Shown here: piece by piece, positions 43,868-55,887 of the stretch
Position numbering within the stretch: the first letter of the stretch is position 1
How the letters are laid out: each line of letters starts with the position of its first letter
Assembly: GCA_022482735.1 (NCBI GenBank)
Contig: JAKVOO010000001.1
Location: forward strand, 838,837-902,836
Length of the DNA stretch: 64,000 nucleotides
Origin: Bacilli bacterium
Lineage (GTDB): Bacteria > Bacillota_I > Bacilli_A > RFN20 > CAG-826
Reading direction: 5' to 3'
Translations under genes and position numbers: made by a program
The notes under the pieces: model-generated
The model's input: the letters and a program-made list of their open reading frames with translations, nothing else
The model's database searches: none
Told to the model about the DNA's origin: nothing

Positions 43868-45254
43868 ATGTTTTCTAAAGATTTTATTTGGGGAGCAGCA
43901 ACATCAGCGGCTCAAATTGAAGGTGCAGAATACGAAGACGGAAAAACGTCATCCATTTGGGATATAGCTTCTAGAATGAATGATGGGCGCTTTTCTCGCT
44001 TTCAAAAAACTCCGCTATCGTCATGCGATCATTACCATCGTTTTATAGAAGATGTTGCCATTATGAAAAAAATAGGATTAAAAGCTTATCGTTTTTCCAT
44101 AAGTTGGACGCGATTGATGAAAGAAGATATGAATACAATCAACCCCAAAGGTCTTCTTTTTTATAATCGGCTAATTGATGCCTTGCTTGAAGCCGGCATT
44201 GAGCCATTTATTACTATTTTCCATTGGGATTATCCACAAAGTCTTCTTGATCAAGGTGGATGGCAAAATGATAAATCTGTGACTTGGTTTGCCGAATACG
44301 CTAAAACAGTTGTCGAGCTTTTTTCCGATAGAGTTAAAAAATTCATAACTATTAACGAACCTGAGTGTTTTGTAAATCTCGGCTATTTAGATAAAAGGCA
44401 CGCCCCTTACTACCAGTTGCCTGAAGATGCTGTCTTCAAAATTGCTCACAATGTTTTAAAAGCTAATGGCTTAGCGACGATTTTAATGCGGCAAGTTGCA
44501 AAACAAAAAATTGAAATTGGACAGGCTTTTGCTTTAACTGGAGCTATTCCATTTTCTGAAGATGATAAAGATATTAATGCGGCAAAACATTGCTTTTTTA
44601 ATCATCCAGATAGTTCTTTTTGGGGTACTTGGTTTCTTGATACCATTATGAATGGGGAATATGACAAAAAGCGTCTGGCAAAAATTTCAATATCACCTGA
44701 TGTTCTAGATAAAGATATGAGAATAATTCACCAGACACCAGATTTTATAGGTTTCAATATGTACTCGGGAACACTGACAAAGCACTTAGGCGAAAATGAT
44801 TATCAACGCATGCCTGATCCCAATTGATTCCGACTATACAATGATGGACATTCCTATTGCCCCTTCTTGCCTATATTGGGCGGCAAGATTTCTATATGAA
44901 AAATATCATCTTCCAATCTACATAATGGAAAATGGCGTCGCAATCACCGATAGTCCCGATGAGAACGGCGACATAGACGATCCAGCACGTATAAATTTCA
45001 TTCGCGAGCACTTGATACACTTAAGTCGTGCATTAAAAGAAAAAATTGATGTTCGCGGTTACTTCTACTGGTCACTTTTAGACAATTATGAATGGGCCCA
45101 TGGCTATAGCAGAAGATTTGGGCTGGTCAGAGTTAACTTTGAAAATTATAAAAGGACTTTAAAAAAATCAGCTTACTGGTATGCTTCATTGATAAAAAGT
45201 AATGGCGAAATTTTAGAAAAGGAAAGGGTCGATAAAAATTATGGAAACTTATAA
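43868..45254 (+). CDS. GH1 beta-glucosidase (frameshift near 44820)
   Basis: FIWGAATSAAQIEG, YRFSISW, TINEP, IMENG, WSLLDNYEW. Confidence 0.93.
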
Positions 45255-46505
45255 AACAAGTGTGCTTGTAGTAGGCGGAGGGCCTTCTGGTTTAGCGGCA
45301 GCTGTAAGTTGCTCAAGACTTGGAATAAAAACAACTTTAATTGAGCGCTTTGGTATTGTAGGAGGAAATCTTACTTTAGGACATGTTGCTCCTATTATGG
45401 GGGATGTTAGTCATGGAACAATCGTTGATGAAGTAATTAATTTGCTTAACCTAAAATGGGATGTCGCCCATGATATTGAAAAGACAAAAATTGCTCTTTC
45501 AAATTGGCTGGCTAACGAAAAAGTGGATTTATTTCTTCAAACAGTTGCCATTGGAACAATTATGGAAGGAAATACGATTAAAGGGGTTATTGCAAACAAT
45601 CCCTCCTGGTAACTTTCAAATTGATGCGGACATTATTATCGATGCAACCGGCAATGGTTCAGTTGCCGCTTTTGCTGGAGCTGACTATGAAATCGGTCGT
45701 ACAAAAGGATGGACTTACGCAACCTACAACCATTATGTTTACCATAAGTAATATCAGTCCCCTACAAAAAATTGAATGCCGGCACGAGGAAGATGATACC
45801 ATTCTTCCTGAAGGCAGTTACCTTGGTCTTTGTCGAAAAGCATCACTTACTGGCGAATTGCCAAAGAATGTCAACATCGTTCGTTTGTATCGCTGCGAAA
45901 AGCCAGACGAAAGAGTTGTAAATGCCACACAAGCCAATGGAGTTAATGGCTTAGATGGTCAGCAATTAGCTAAAGCAGAAAATATTTTGCGCCAACAAGA
46001 AGAAATGATTTTTAATTTTTTGAAAAAGCATGTCCCGGGATTTGAAGATTCCCAAATCAAAAAAAGCGCTGATACCGTCGGAGTAAGGGAGACAAGACGA
46101 ATTATTGGAGAATACCAACTTACCGACATTGATTTAATGAATGGGCAAAGATTTAATGATGTTATGGTTCACAAGGCAAATTTCGCCATTGATATCCATA
46201 ATCCATCTGGCCCTGGGCAATCTGAATCTGATGGATGTCCTCGCCACCCTAAACCATATGACATCCCCTATCGCTGCTTTGTCCCTAAAAAAATTGACAA
46301 TCTATTTGTAACAGGACGCTGCATATCCGGAACTCACGAAGCTCACGCTAGTTATCGAGTAATGCGCATATGTATGGCTATGGGGCAGTCAATCGGTACT
46401 GCAGCCGGACTTTGTTTAAAGGAAAAACAAATTCCAAGAACTTTAGATTATAGAAAAGTTCAAGAAGCGTTAATGGCTGTTGGCGTTGATTTATTCAGCG
46501 AATAA
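45241..46505 (+). CDS. FAD-dependent oxidoreductase (PF12831-like, two frameshifts near 45600 and 45705)
   Basis: VVGGGPSG, IDATGNG, GVRETRRI, YDIPYRCFVP, TGRCIS, S.RV. Confidence 0.87.
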
Positions 46506-46516
46506 TAGATGAAATT

Positions 46517-46543
46517 AAAACCGGAGATTTAACTCCGGTTTTT
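46517..46543. terminator. Bidirectional intrinsic terminator
   Basis: AAAACCGGAG-ATTTAA-CTCCGGTTTTT. Confidence 0.85.
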
Positions 46544-46607
46544 GTAACTTTAATAATAGTAATTCCGCCATCAAATCATGATAAACTAATGCGATTAATA
46601 ATTTTTT

Positions 46608-47612
46608 TTATGCATCGATCACTTTAGCATCCTTAATAAAACGCCTTACTGACTCAATCGCTGAAAGCGCAGACTCTTTACTGCTATAGGTTTCACCAAC
46701 AACCAGCACTTGATTGATTGAAGAATAGAGTTTAAATTGGTACCGATTTTGCTTGTCGCGATTAACCCGGAAAATTCCTTTTTCCATGACGCTATTTTTA
46801 ATCGCCTCAATTCCTTTAAGAACGGTGGCTTTACTGGCATAGATATCGGTAACAAACAACACTTCACCATTAGAGGCTTTTAAAGTGGCTTGATATTTTT
46901 TACCTTCAATAACTTTTATTTCTATCTTGCCATTACTATTTGTTTCAATTGGTTGCACTTCGACAATTTCTTCCCTGACTTCCGCACTAGGAATATCTTC
47001 CAATTGAATAATCTTATCAGTTAAAGCAAATTTCTCCGTAGAAGCTAAAGCCTTTTCTGCGCTGGTTTGCTTATCATAGAATTCACCGGCTAAAATAACC
47101 CGGGCTCCATTGGTGGTATATATTCTAAACTGAGCAAATCCATTTTTGTCTACAACTATAACACCTTTACCAAGGGCTATATTCTTTTTTAAAGTCGCAA
47201 TTCCCGTTTCCGCGCCGTTTCGACTTGTGTAGCCACCGCTTACTAAAAGAATTTCCCCGTTAGAGGCTTTAAGCCGATACTTAAACAAGCCCGCTTCAGG
47301 AAATATTTCATACTTGCCACTATAACGATCATTTGCTTTATCATCTTTAGTCAAGGCTGGTTTCTTGGTTTTAATCGTTTCCACCTTTTGTTCATCTGTC
47401 TTCTTGCTTGCCGCTACTGAAACCGGTTTTTTCTTTTCGACCGCAACCGTTTCCTTCGGCTTAATTGTTTCAACGGCTGGCTCTTCCTTTTTCGTAGCCA
47501 CAACCTTTTCTTCTTTTAAAGCATTGGTTTTTTCCGCTTCCGCCTGCTTTTGAGCTAAAGCTTTTTGTTTTTTCTTTTTACGCCAAAAAAAGCACATACA
47601 AAGTTCCTCCAC
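46608..47612 (-). CDS. Protein with four YegP/DUF1508 repeats and Lys/Ala/Glu-rich N-terminus
   Basis: LKASNGEILLVSGGYTS, LKASNGEVLFVTDIYAS and two more divergent units. Start codon uncertain. Confidence 0.8.
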   Translation of the reverse strand: MEELCMCFFWRKKKKQKALAQKQAEAEKTNALKEEKVVATKKEEPAVETIKPKETVAVEKKKPVSVAASKKTDEQKVETIKTKKPALTKDDKANDRYSGKYEIFPEAGLFKYRLKASNGEILLVSGGYTSRNGAETGIATLKKNIALGKGVIVVDKNGFAQFRIYTTNGARVILAGEFYDKQTSAEKALASTEKFALTDKIIQLEDIPSAEVREEIVEVQPIETNSNGKIEIKVIEGKKYQATLKASNGEVLFVTDIYASKATVLKGIEAIKNSVMEKGIFRVNRDKQNRYQFKLYSSINQVLVVGETYSSKESALSAIESVRRFIKDAKVIDA

Positions 47613-47943
47613 TTAATATATTAATTATAACTTAATATTTTATAAAACTGTTAATAAATGCTTATTAAAATCGTATTTCCTTATTCTATTTATCTTGTCG
47701 ATAAAAGTAACAAATATTTTAATAATTATCTTTTTATAATTACCGATTGCTCTTTGCTGGCTGTAGCAATTTTTAGAAGTAAAAGAATAAATTCACTTAA
47801 AAAATAGCAACTCAAAGTAATGGAATTGCTAGTATTCTATGCTTTATTTAATTATTAATATTGGCGCTACTATCATATTTTTAGCAACAAACATTAAAAA
47901 ACATTTTTTAGTCTTTTATTAGAGTCAAACTTCTGACTTTAAC

Positions 47944-48693
47944 CTAGATAGCTATATTAAGAACAACCGGGCAATGATCCGAGCCTTCAACTTCATCCAA
48001 AATAAGTGCATCGACGATTTTGTCTTTGATTTTTTCTGAAACAACAAAATAATCAATCCGCCAACCAATGCCCTTTTCTCGAGCATGAAAACGATATGAC
48101 CACCAGGAATAACGGATGGTTTCTGGGTATAAAAACCGAAAGGAATCAACAAATCCGCTTTTTAGAAGAAGCGAGAATTTTTCCCTTTCCTCATCGCTGA
48201 ATCCTGGATTAAAATGATTGGCCTTAGGATTTTTTAAATCAATCTCTTGATGGGCAACATTTAAATCACCGCAAAGAATAACCGGTTTAATCCTATCCAA
48301 CTCAATTAAGTATTCACGAAGTTTGTCCTCAAAAGTCATCCGATATGGTAGGCGTCTTAATTCTTCCTGCGAATTGGGAGTATAGGAAGTCATAAGATAA
48401 AAGTCTTCAAATTCAGCAGTTATAATACGCCCCTCGTCATTATACTCACCATGTATTCCGTAAGTGACATTTAAGGGCTTTTTCTTTGTTATAATTGCCG
48501 TTCCTGAATATCCCTTTTTATCGGCCGAATTCATATATAAGTAGTAGCCAGGAAAATCTATTTCTAATTGCTCTGGTTGCATTTTCGTTTCTTGAATGCA
48601 AAATGCATCGGCCTTCTCTTGATTAAAAAATTCAATAAAACCTTTATTTATCGCCGCTCGTAGGCCATTAGTATTCCAAGAAATTAATTTCAT
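47944..48693 (-). CDS. xth: Exodeoxyribonuclease III (AP endonuclease)
   Basis: MKLISWNTNGLRA, CIQETK, GYSG, CGDLNVAH, GWRIDY, SDHCP. Confidence 0.95.
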   Translation of the reverse strand: MKLISWNTNGLRAAINKGFIEFFNQEKADAFCIQETKMQPEQLEIDFPGYYLYMNSADKKGYSGTAIITKKKPLNVTYGIHGEYNDEGRIITAEFEDFYLMTSYTPNSQEELRRLPYRMTFEDKLREYLIELDRIKPVILCGDLNVAHQEIDLKNPKANHFNPGFSDEEREKFSLLLKSGFVDSFRFLYPETIRYSWWSYRFHAREKGIGWRIDYFVVSEKIKDKIVDALILDEVEGSDHCPVVLNIAI

Positions 48694-48877
48694 AAAATAA
48701 AACCTCGTTTTTATTATAAACAATATCAACCAAAGGATAAACCTTTTAACTTTTTATAAAAATACGCTTGGTTTAAAAAACTAACTATTATTCGGCTATT
48801 TTTTATATATAAAGTGGTCTAAAAATCCACCTTTTGCCTAATTTATTAAATAACACTTTCTAAAGTACACTTAATAA

Positions 48878-50142
48878 TTAATCATAAAATAAACTTGTTA
48901 TCTCTATTGGATAAGGATACCCATATGGTTCTCCCCAAGCAAATATTCTTCCTAAAGATGTCACTGCTATCGAAAAAGATAGTCCAGCAAAAACATCAAT
49001 TATTGTTTCATCCGTATCAATCCAAAAGTCTGAAGTTATATCTATAAAAAATGGATAAGAAGGATCCCCTCCCCACTTTATTTGGCCTTGGCTGTTGTCT
49101 CCCCACCCAATCACATTACCTAAATCAGTTACCATTAGAAAACAACCTGGGCCAGAAGATAAGTTTGTTATCTTCTCATCTATACCAAGATACGTATAGG
49201 AAATTTGTTGCGGTCGTGGGTTTCCATACGTTTGATTATCGGGACTTTCTGGATCCTCATAAAGCACTCGATTTTGAGAAGTTAAGGCCAAAAATTTATC
49301 TCCCCAAATCGAGACCTTATCTATATTTTCTCCCATATTAAGGAAGAAACGATATTCCACGGAGGGACGCCAGACTGTATTATTATAGTCATCGTAATTT
49401 TCTCCCCAAACAAAAATTGAACCCATATCTGTTAAAGGCCAAAGATTGATTGCCCCCGGAAAATATTTTTGTCACCTTTTCATCTTGATTATAAATATCT
49501 AAATCTGAAGTGATATCGGTTGGAACTGGGTAACTATCTATTGCGAGGGGGCCAACTTGCCGGTAGTTATTTCTTCCCCAAGCAAATATTCTTCCAAATG
49601 AGGACAAAGCTAAGGAGTGTTCAAACCCAGCAGAAATCATCACAATAAATTCGTCCTTCGCTTAGTCCAAATTGAAACGTTATGTCTCCCGGATAAGTTC
49701 CATCATAGGAATATCCTAATTGGCCATAAACATTTGAGCCCCAAATAAACACTCTATTATATGATGTTAAGGCAATGGAATGCTCGCCTCCGACAGAAAC
49801 CATCGTAACTACTTCATCTTCTTCATACCCGATTCTATCAGTTATATCAATCGGTATCGAACTATTCATACCAGAGCCATCTCCCAGTTGCCCATAGTTA
49901 TTTTGTCCCCACGCAAAGACTTTTTTATTTGGTGTTAAGGCAATAGAATGTCCATATTTTGCATCCACGAAAAAAGCCGTTTCCTGAGCAAACTCCCAAT
50001 CGCCAAAATTAATGGGGACTACTCCCGCTTCATCCGTTTCGCCAGCGCGGGCAAACGGGCCAAATTCTGCGTGTCCAACTGCTATATTTCCAAAAACGAT
50101 AGTAAAAAAAGCCATTAGAATAGTTTTAGATTGTTTTTTCAT
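48878..50142 (-). CDS. Secreted RCC1/BLIP-II-like beta-propeller repeat protein (frameshifts near 49645 and 49435)
   Basis: Signal peptide, repeated HSxALT...VFAWGxNxYGQLG across three ORFs. Confidence 0.8.
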
Positions 50143-50348
50143 AGTAACCATTTGTTTAACATTAGGAAGTTTATTTTTCAACTATCATGTAATGCAACGA
50201 GGTTTTTTAGTAATTAAATAATTTATTTAACTCTTAATACATTTCTTTTAAAATAAAAAAAATGCCAATGCCTTAACTTTCTTTCTTTTTTTGATATGAT
50301 TGAAGAGGAAATAAATCACTCATATTATTTTCATATTGAGGATCAAGC

Positions 50349-51322
50349 ATGAAAAACTTTGCGGTAGTTGGAACTAATTTTATATCGGATGCCTTTATGA
50401 ATGAAATAGTCCTTCATCCTGATTGCAAGGTTATCGGTGTATTGGCTAGTAGCCTAGAAAAAGCCCGACTTTTTGCTACCCGTTATCAAATAAAGAAAAT
50501 CTACACTTCCATTGAAGAAATAGCTTTTGACCGGAATATAGATGCGGTTTATATTGCCACGCCAAATCAAAATCATTATCCGATGGCTAAAGTGTTAATT
50601 AATGCTCATAAGGCAGTTTTACTTGAAAAGCCTTTTACCATCACTTTAGAGGAAGCAAATGACCTCATTGGCTTAGCGGCGATGAATAACACCCTTATCA
50701 TGGAGAATATGCGCGTCTATTATGACCCAGCTTTTTCGGTTATCCGTGAGCAGATAAAACGAATTGGAAGAATTAAAGTTTTACTTTGCGAATGGAAAAA
50801 CAGTCCTCACGCTACAGTAAATATCTTCATCATGAATACATTTCAACCTTTGATCCTAAAAAAGGCAATGCCGCTATCTTAGACTTAGGAGTTTATTTAA
50901 TCGCTGCCACGATGGAATTATTCTCTAATCCCATCAATATCACCGGCCAATCGTTTTTTCTTGAAAATGGAATGGAAAAAAATGGTTTTATGACAGTAAA
51001 ATTTGAAGATTTTTTGGGTACCCTTTTTTACTCGAAAGTAGTAGATAATACTCAACCTTCCATCATTGAAGGAGAAAAAGGCAATATATATATTACTGAT
51101 ATCGCTAATCCCACTAAAGTGAGCATTAATTGGAATGAAAAAAAAGACGAGGAAATAGTTTTCTATCGTCCGCAAGTTAATTATATGAACTACACGCTTC
51201 CAGTTTTTGTAAAGGCACTAGAAAATAGTGGTGATTTTTCGAGTTCGCTTGTGGAAAAGACATCTTTTTGCATGAGCGTTGTGGATTTTTTAATCAAGCA
51301 CAATGGTATTAAATTCAATTAG
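50349..51322 (+). CDS. Gfo/Idh/MocA oxidoreductase (frameshift near 50785)
   Basis: VVGTNFI, AVYIATPN..H, LLEKPF, SSRY, DLGVY. Confidence 0.88.
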
Positions 51323-51861
51323 TTAAATGTCTTAACCAGTACTAATCCTGTGCTTGGACATTTATTTTCTTCAATAAAGAAATTCTTTAGGTCAAATGCC
51401 AATTTAAAATTTTGTTTATGGTAAATATTAATTGCTTGGACCCAGTTTTCATTAACGATGAGCACCGCCTTCTCTAGTTGATGAAATTTATTTTTGATGT
51501 CGCTTAAAAAATAGTCGAAAAAATAGGTTCCCAACCCTCGGCCCCTAAATTTAGGATTTAGTTCGAATGAAGAAATGTATAGTACCGTTCCCTGCCGGTT
51601 AAAAACATCGGCGATCGAATGATTAATGGCTAAGTGATTATTATCTTTCGTTGGCAAACTCGACCAGATTTCCGAAGTCAAAAATCCAATTACTTGTTTT
51701 TGATATAAGAAAATATAGAAGCCATCTGCAAAATGAGTTATCCGTTCGCGATAAACGTCAATACTTTCCTGCGTCACCAAATTAAAAGACTGGCTTTCAA
51801 TGTCCATAATTATTGGTAAATCGCTTAACTTTGCTTGCCTGACAAGATATTTTTCCATCAT
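51319..51861 (-). CDS. GNAT acetyltransferase
   Basis: FRGRGLG motif A, AINIYHKQNF. Confidence 0.82.
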   Translation of the reverse strand: MMEKYLVRQAKLSDLPIIMDIESQSFNLVTQESIDVYRERITHFADGFYIFLYQKQVIGFLTSEIWSSLPTKDNNHLAINHSIADVFNRQGTVLYISSFELNPKFRGRGLGTYFFDYFLSDIKNKFHQLEKAVLIVNENWVQAINIYHKQNFKLAFDLKNFFIEENKCPSTGLVLVKTFN

Positions 51862-51862
51862 A

Positions 51863-52459
51863 TTAAATTAAAGGGACATTGATCTTTTTTAAGATATTAT
51901 CTTCATCATTAAGAACGCTACATCCTTCTTGATCGCGATATTCATGCCATAATTTAGCCAAACGGAAGACATTAACATAGTACTTTTGACAGGGTAACAA
52001 TTCAATTTCTTGCACTCGCGCATTATTTATTAAAAGAAAAAATTGATAAGCAAACAAATCATCGATCATCCAAATTTTTATTATCTTTCTTGATATTAAC
52101 GAATAGATTACCTCAAAAAAGGTCATATAGGCTGCAATCGCAGAAATATCATCTTCGGTAAATGGATTCTTCGTTTTGTCTGTTCGCTCGTACTTCTCCA
52201 TTTTTAAAAACAAGTCGTATGTCAACTTATTTTCTGTGAACTGCTTGTTGAGATTAACGATAAACTCGCCCTCATTAAGGCGCTTATTCTTGTTCATCTG
52301 AAGCCAGATAGCGCAGGCTCCAATAACGGCAGTAATGGTAGTGATCGCCTGGCCAATGAATTCATCGTGGAAAACCATAACCAATGTTCCTGAAGTAATG
52401 GAAGAAAGAATAATCAAACCAACAATAATCGGCGTGACAAAATCCTTGTGTGTGTTCAT
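51863..52459 (-). CDS. Hypothetical membrane protein (two N-terminal TMs, DUF4760-like helical domain)
   Basis: Two hydrophobic helices, YMTFFEVI..IDDLF. Confidence 0.55.
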   Translation of the reverse strand: MNTHKDFVTPIIVGLIILSSITSGTLVMVFHDEFIGQAITTITAVIGACAIWLQMNKNKRLNEGEFIVNLNKQFTENKLTYDLFLKMEKYERTDKTKNPFTEDDISAIAAYMTFFEVIYSLISRKIIKIWMIDDLFAYQFFLLINNARVQEIELLPCQKYYVNVFRLAKLWHEYRDQEGCSVLNDEDNILKKINVPLI

Positions 52460-52525
52460 ATATTTTTCCCTATTTTATTTATGATAGCACGAATAAGCTT
52501 TTACATGAATTGAACATTAGCCAGA

Positions 52526-53546
52526 TTATTCGCCTTTCATATCAACGACGTCGTTTACCTTGTTATCAATGATATCAAGACATAGTTTTACTGAATCACC
52601 GATTCGCGCATCAATATCATCAGGTTTGACTCCTAAGAAATCCGCACCTTCTTCCTTGTTAATAAACAAATTGGTGGTTTGCATTTGGGTAAATTTTCTC
52701 ATATTAAGCCCACCTTCAATATTGTGACGAGCGCGCATATGGTCAATTTGACTTCCCTTCATGCGAAATAGAAAATCGGGGATGGTGATAATCTTCCGCT
52801 TAGAGGAATACCCCATATATTTATGGAAGATGGTTAACATTTCTTTCCAAGTCATATTATAGTAACCAAAGGGATAAAGATGCCCACCATTATTCTTTTG
52901 TAAAGCTCCTGCTAGTCCTTCGGCAACCTGATGAACAGTCACCATCGTGGTTCCTCCTCGCGGATAAAAAGTTGCTTTTTTCATGGCTTTAATCATCTCT
53001 ACAAGAAACGTCCACACTGGTTTTCTTCCGGGTTGAGTCCCAAAAATATAGGGTAATTCTAATATAGAGACAGCAAAATTGTCATCGGCAAAAGAAAGCG
53101 CCATTTCCTCTTGATCAATTCGCGAGCGAATGTAAGGGGTGAAACTCGGTCAGTTTCCATTCTGGAAAGCGCCGAGCAAAATAAGCAAAATAGGAGCCGC
53201 AAATAGCTACGTGTTTTACTCCTGCCTCTTTAGCTAGGCGAAGCGAGCGTTCTAAAGCATCTATATTATACTTTTTAAACATTTGATAGACTGGTGGCTT
53301 GCCTTCTACTCGTTCATCAATTCCCGCCGCAAAAACAAAGCCATCCATGCCAACGAATTGATTCCTTAATTCATCGTCACTCATTTCCATATAATTTCCA
53401 TAACTAATTTTCATAGCTTTTGGCAAGGCCACCCCATGTGGAAGCGGAGGCAGTGCCAACGAACTAACTTCATGTCCTTGCTCCAATAAAACGCGGGCCG
53501 TTTCTGAGCCCAATAAACCTGTACCACCGATGATAAACACTTTCAT
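52526..53546 (-). CDS. NAD-dependent epimerase/dehydratase (frameshift near 53137)
   Basis: IIGGTGLLG. Removing one C restores HPYIRSR..EEMA in frame with 52526..53104. Confidence 0.85.
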
Positions 53547-53595
53547 ATTCCTTGCTCCTTTGCTTAATTGATAAGCTTAAAGAAATCTAGATGGC

Positions 53596-55401
53596 CTATT
53601 TCTTACTGTCAAAATGTTTTACAAAATCAATAAAATCAGCAAATTGAAGAGGCTTAGCGTAGTAGTAGCCTTGGACCATTTGACACTGTTTTCCGCGTAG
53701 AAATTCCACCTGTTCAAGGGTCTCAGCTCCTTCGGCAACAAGCTTAAGATTGAAAAGATGGGCCAAAGAAATAATCGCTTCCGCTACTTTTCCGTCATCG
53801 TCCTTTGGATAATCTTTAATAAAACTACGATCGATTTTTAATGTATCAATTGGCATATCACGAATATATCCAAGCGATGAGTATCCCGTGCCAAAATCAT
53901 CCAAGGAAATTGTAACGCCTAATTCTCGGATTTTACTAAGATAAGCAATCATTTGCGCTCGGTCATCAATCAAGATGCTCTCCGTAATTTCTAACTCTAA
54001 CTGTTTGGCATCAATATGCGACTTGCCGAGTACATCAATAAGCGTTTCATATAGACGATTTTGCACGTATTGAGAGGCGGTTGTATTAACCGAAAATTGT
54101 AGATGCCTCTTATTAAAAATACTATTGATAATAACTAGATCACTTACCGCTTTACGGATGACAAAAGCGCCGATATCATTCATTAATCCTAAGCGCTCCG
54201 CTACTGGTATAAAACGCATTGGTGATACTAATCCTAAAGTCGGTGATCTCCAACGTAGCAACCCTTCAGCTCCCACGACTATGTTATTTTGAATGTCGAC
54301 CTTGGGCTGATAAAAAAGTTCAAATTCATTGTTCTTGATGCCGTTAACTAACTGTTCTTTGATTTTTTCGTCTTCAGTTATTTTTTGCGATAACTCTGGA
54401 CGATAGAAGATATAATCACGATTGCTATCTTCATTTATTTTCGTCGCCGCAATTTGGGCACTCGTCAATAAAGTGACAGCATTAGCTCCATCTTCCGGAA
54501 AGCGGCTGATGCCGCATTTAAAAGTAAAAAGAAGACTTTCTTCATTACTAAAGTTAATCTCCCTTTCTTCTAGACGAATAATTTCCTCCACAAAAGCTGT
54601 AATAGCACTTATTTCACTCAAAGGTGAAATAATGACAAGCGCATCATCGCTAATTTGCGCGAATGATTCTGAAGGCATATTCATTTGCGTGGCTAGATGC
54701 TCGATAAAACTGACAATACCTCGATAGTACTTCTCCTGTGACTGCGTAATTTGAAGATAACTATAGTTGCTAACCCGTAAGAAAATAATTGAAAATGGTT
54801 TCTTATCATCAATGAGCGCATTCATCCGCTGAATCATCGCATTTTGATTAAGAAGATTAGTACTTGGTACATAATCTCTTAAAAAAGTTATTTGCTCTTC
54901 GGTTTTACGAACAATAGAAAGATCTTCATGGGTACTAACATAACTAAGCCCAATACCAAACAATCCTCGAATCGCATAAATACTAATACGTTTAGGATAA
55001 AGCGTTCCGTCTTTTCTGCGGTCCCACATCTCGCCCGTCCAAAATCCCTTGTTGTGGATATCATTCCACATGTTGTGATAAAAGGTGGAGTCGTGGCGGC
55101 CACTTGATAAAATACGTGGATTCTTTCTTTTTAATTCCTTAAATGTGTAGCCGGTTAAGTCTTCCATCGCTGGGTTCACATAAAAAATTCGTCGATGTCG
55201 ATTGGTGGCAATCACCCCAATTTTTAACGACGAAACGGTAAACCGAGCTAATTTACGACGATGACTGACGTAGGAGATAATAACCGATAATGCCAATAAA
55301 CCGAGTGCTAAAAATAAGATAACTACAAGTGTTATTAATTCAATGTCATTTAAAGATAAAACTGCGATAAATAGTTTAGTCCCGATAAAGAGTTGTTGCA
55401 T
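53596..55401 (-). CDS. TM-PAS-degenerate GGDEF-EAL c-di-GMP phosphodiesterase
   Basis: PAS/PAC VNPAM..TGY..RRKDG, GGDEF site reads SDDAL, EAL domain YQPK, EGLLRW, EITES, DDFGTGYSS, EGAE, QGY. Confidence 0.9.
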   Translation of the reverse strand: MQQLFIGTKLFIAVLSLNDIELITLVVILFLALGLLALSVIISYVSHRRKLARFTVSSLKIGVIATNRHRRIFYVNPAMEDLTGYTFKELKRKNPRILSSGRHDSTFYHNMWNDIHNKGFWTGEMWDRRKDGTLYPKRISIYAIRGLFGIGLSYVSTHEDLSIVRKTEEQITFLRDYVPSTNLLNQNAMIQRMNALIDDKKPFSIIFLRVSNYSYLQITQSQEKYYRGIVSFIEHLATQMNMPSESFAQISDDALVIISPLSEISAITAFVEEIIRLEEREINFSNEESLLFTFKCGISRFPEDGANAVTLLTSAQIAATKINEDSNRDYIFYRPELSQKITEDEKIKEQLVNGIKNNEFELFYQPKVDIQNNIVVGAEGLLRWRSPTLGLVSPMRFIPVAERLGLMNDIGAFVIRKAVSDLVIINSIFNKRHLQFSVNTTASQYVQNRLYETLIDVLGKSHIDAKQLELEITESILIDDRAQMIAYLSKIRELGVTISLDDFGTGYSSLGYIRDMPIDTLKIDRSFIKDYPKDDDGKVAEAIISLAHLFNLKLVAEGAETLEQVEFLRGKQCQMVQGYYYAKPLQFADFIDFVKHFDSKK

Positions 55402-55887
55402 AAAAGACTCCTTCGTTTATTTGAACGCCCCCAACGCCAAATTGATAAAATTATTTGTTGATATGACTGGTTTCACTCCAAGTTTCATCCTGACAAACAA
55501 TATGATAGCATAAATGACTAAAAGTTAGAAACAGCCGATGAAAACTGATAAATTTTCGTCTTAACAAAAAGGTTGTTTTCGAATAATGACAACCAATAGC
55601 AAATATCCTTCTTTAATGCCATCAGTAAGCTCGTATTTATAAATTATCAAAATATTTTCTAAGAAGTTATTCGCTACCTTATAATATATGAAATTTTTTC
55701 CTAAAATAAAAAGAGAATGCTCTTATTTAATAAATTATGTTTTTACTTAATTTATAAGTTGTTTAGAGCCAATTGCTCGCATTTTTAATCGACAATTATG
55801 TATAATCATCCTAGATGTTTTTTGTTTTAATGCCTTTTGGTCCATTTAATCAAGTTGGTTAGATGAGATACCTTTTGGGGGAACTAA

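Noticed and set aside
50349..51322. Gfo/Idh/MocA plus DUF1080-like domains as an oxidative glycoside-cleavage pathway
   Set aside because: The gene is isolated from the glycan loci, no sugar-phosphate-isomerase-like lyase is nearby, and the DUF1080-like modules are extracellular.
55402..55887. c-di-GMP riboswitch or small gene in the divergent intergenic region
   Set aside because: No GEMM-type motifs seen on either strand, and only short ORFs without an SD.
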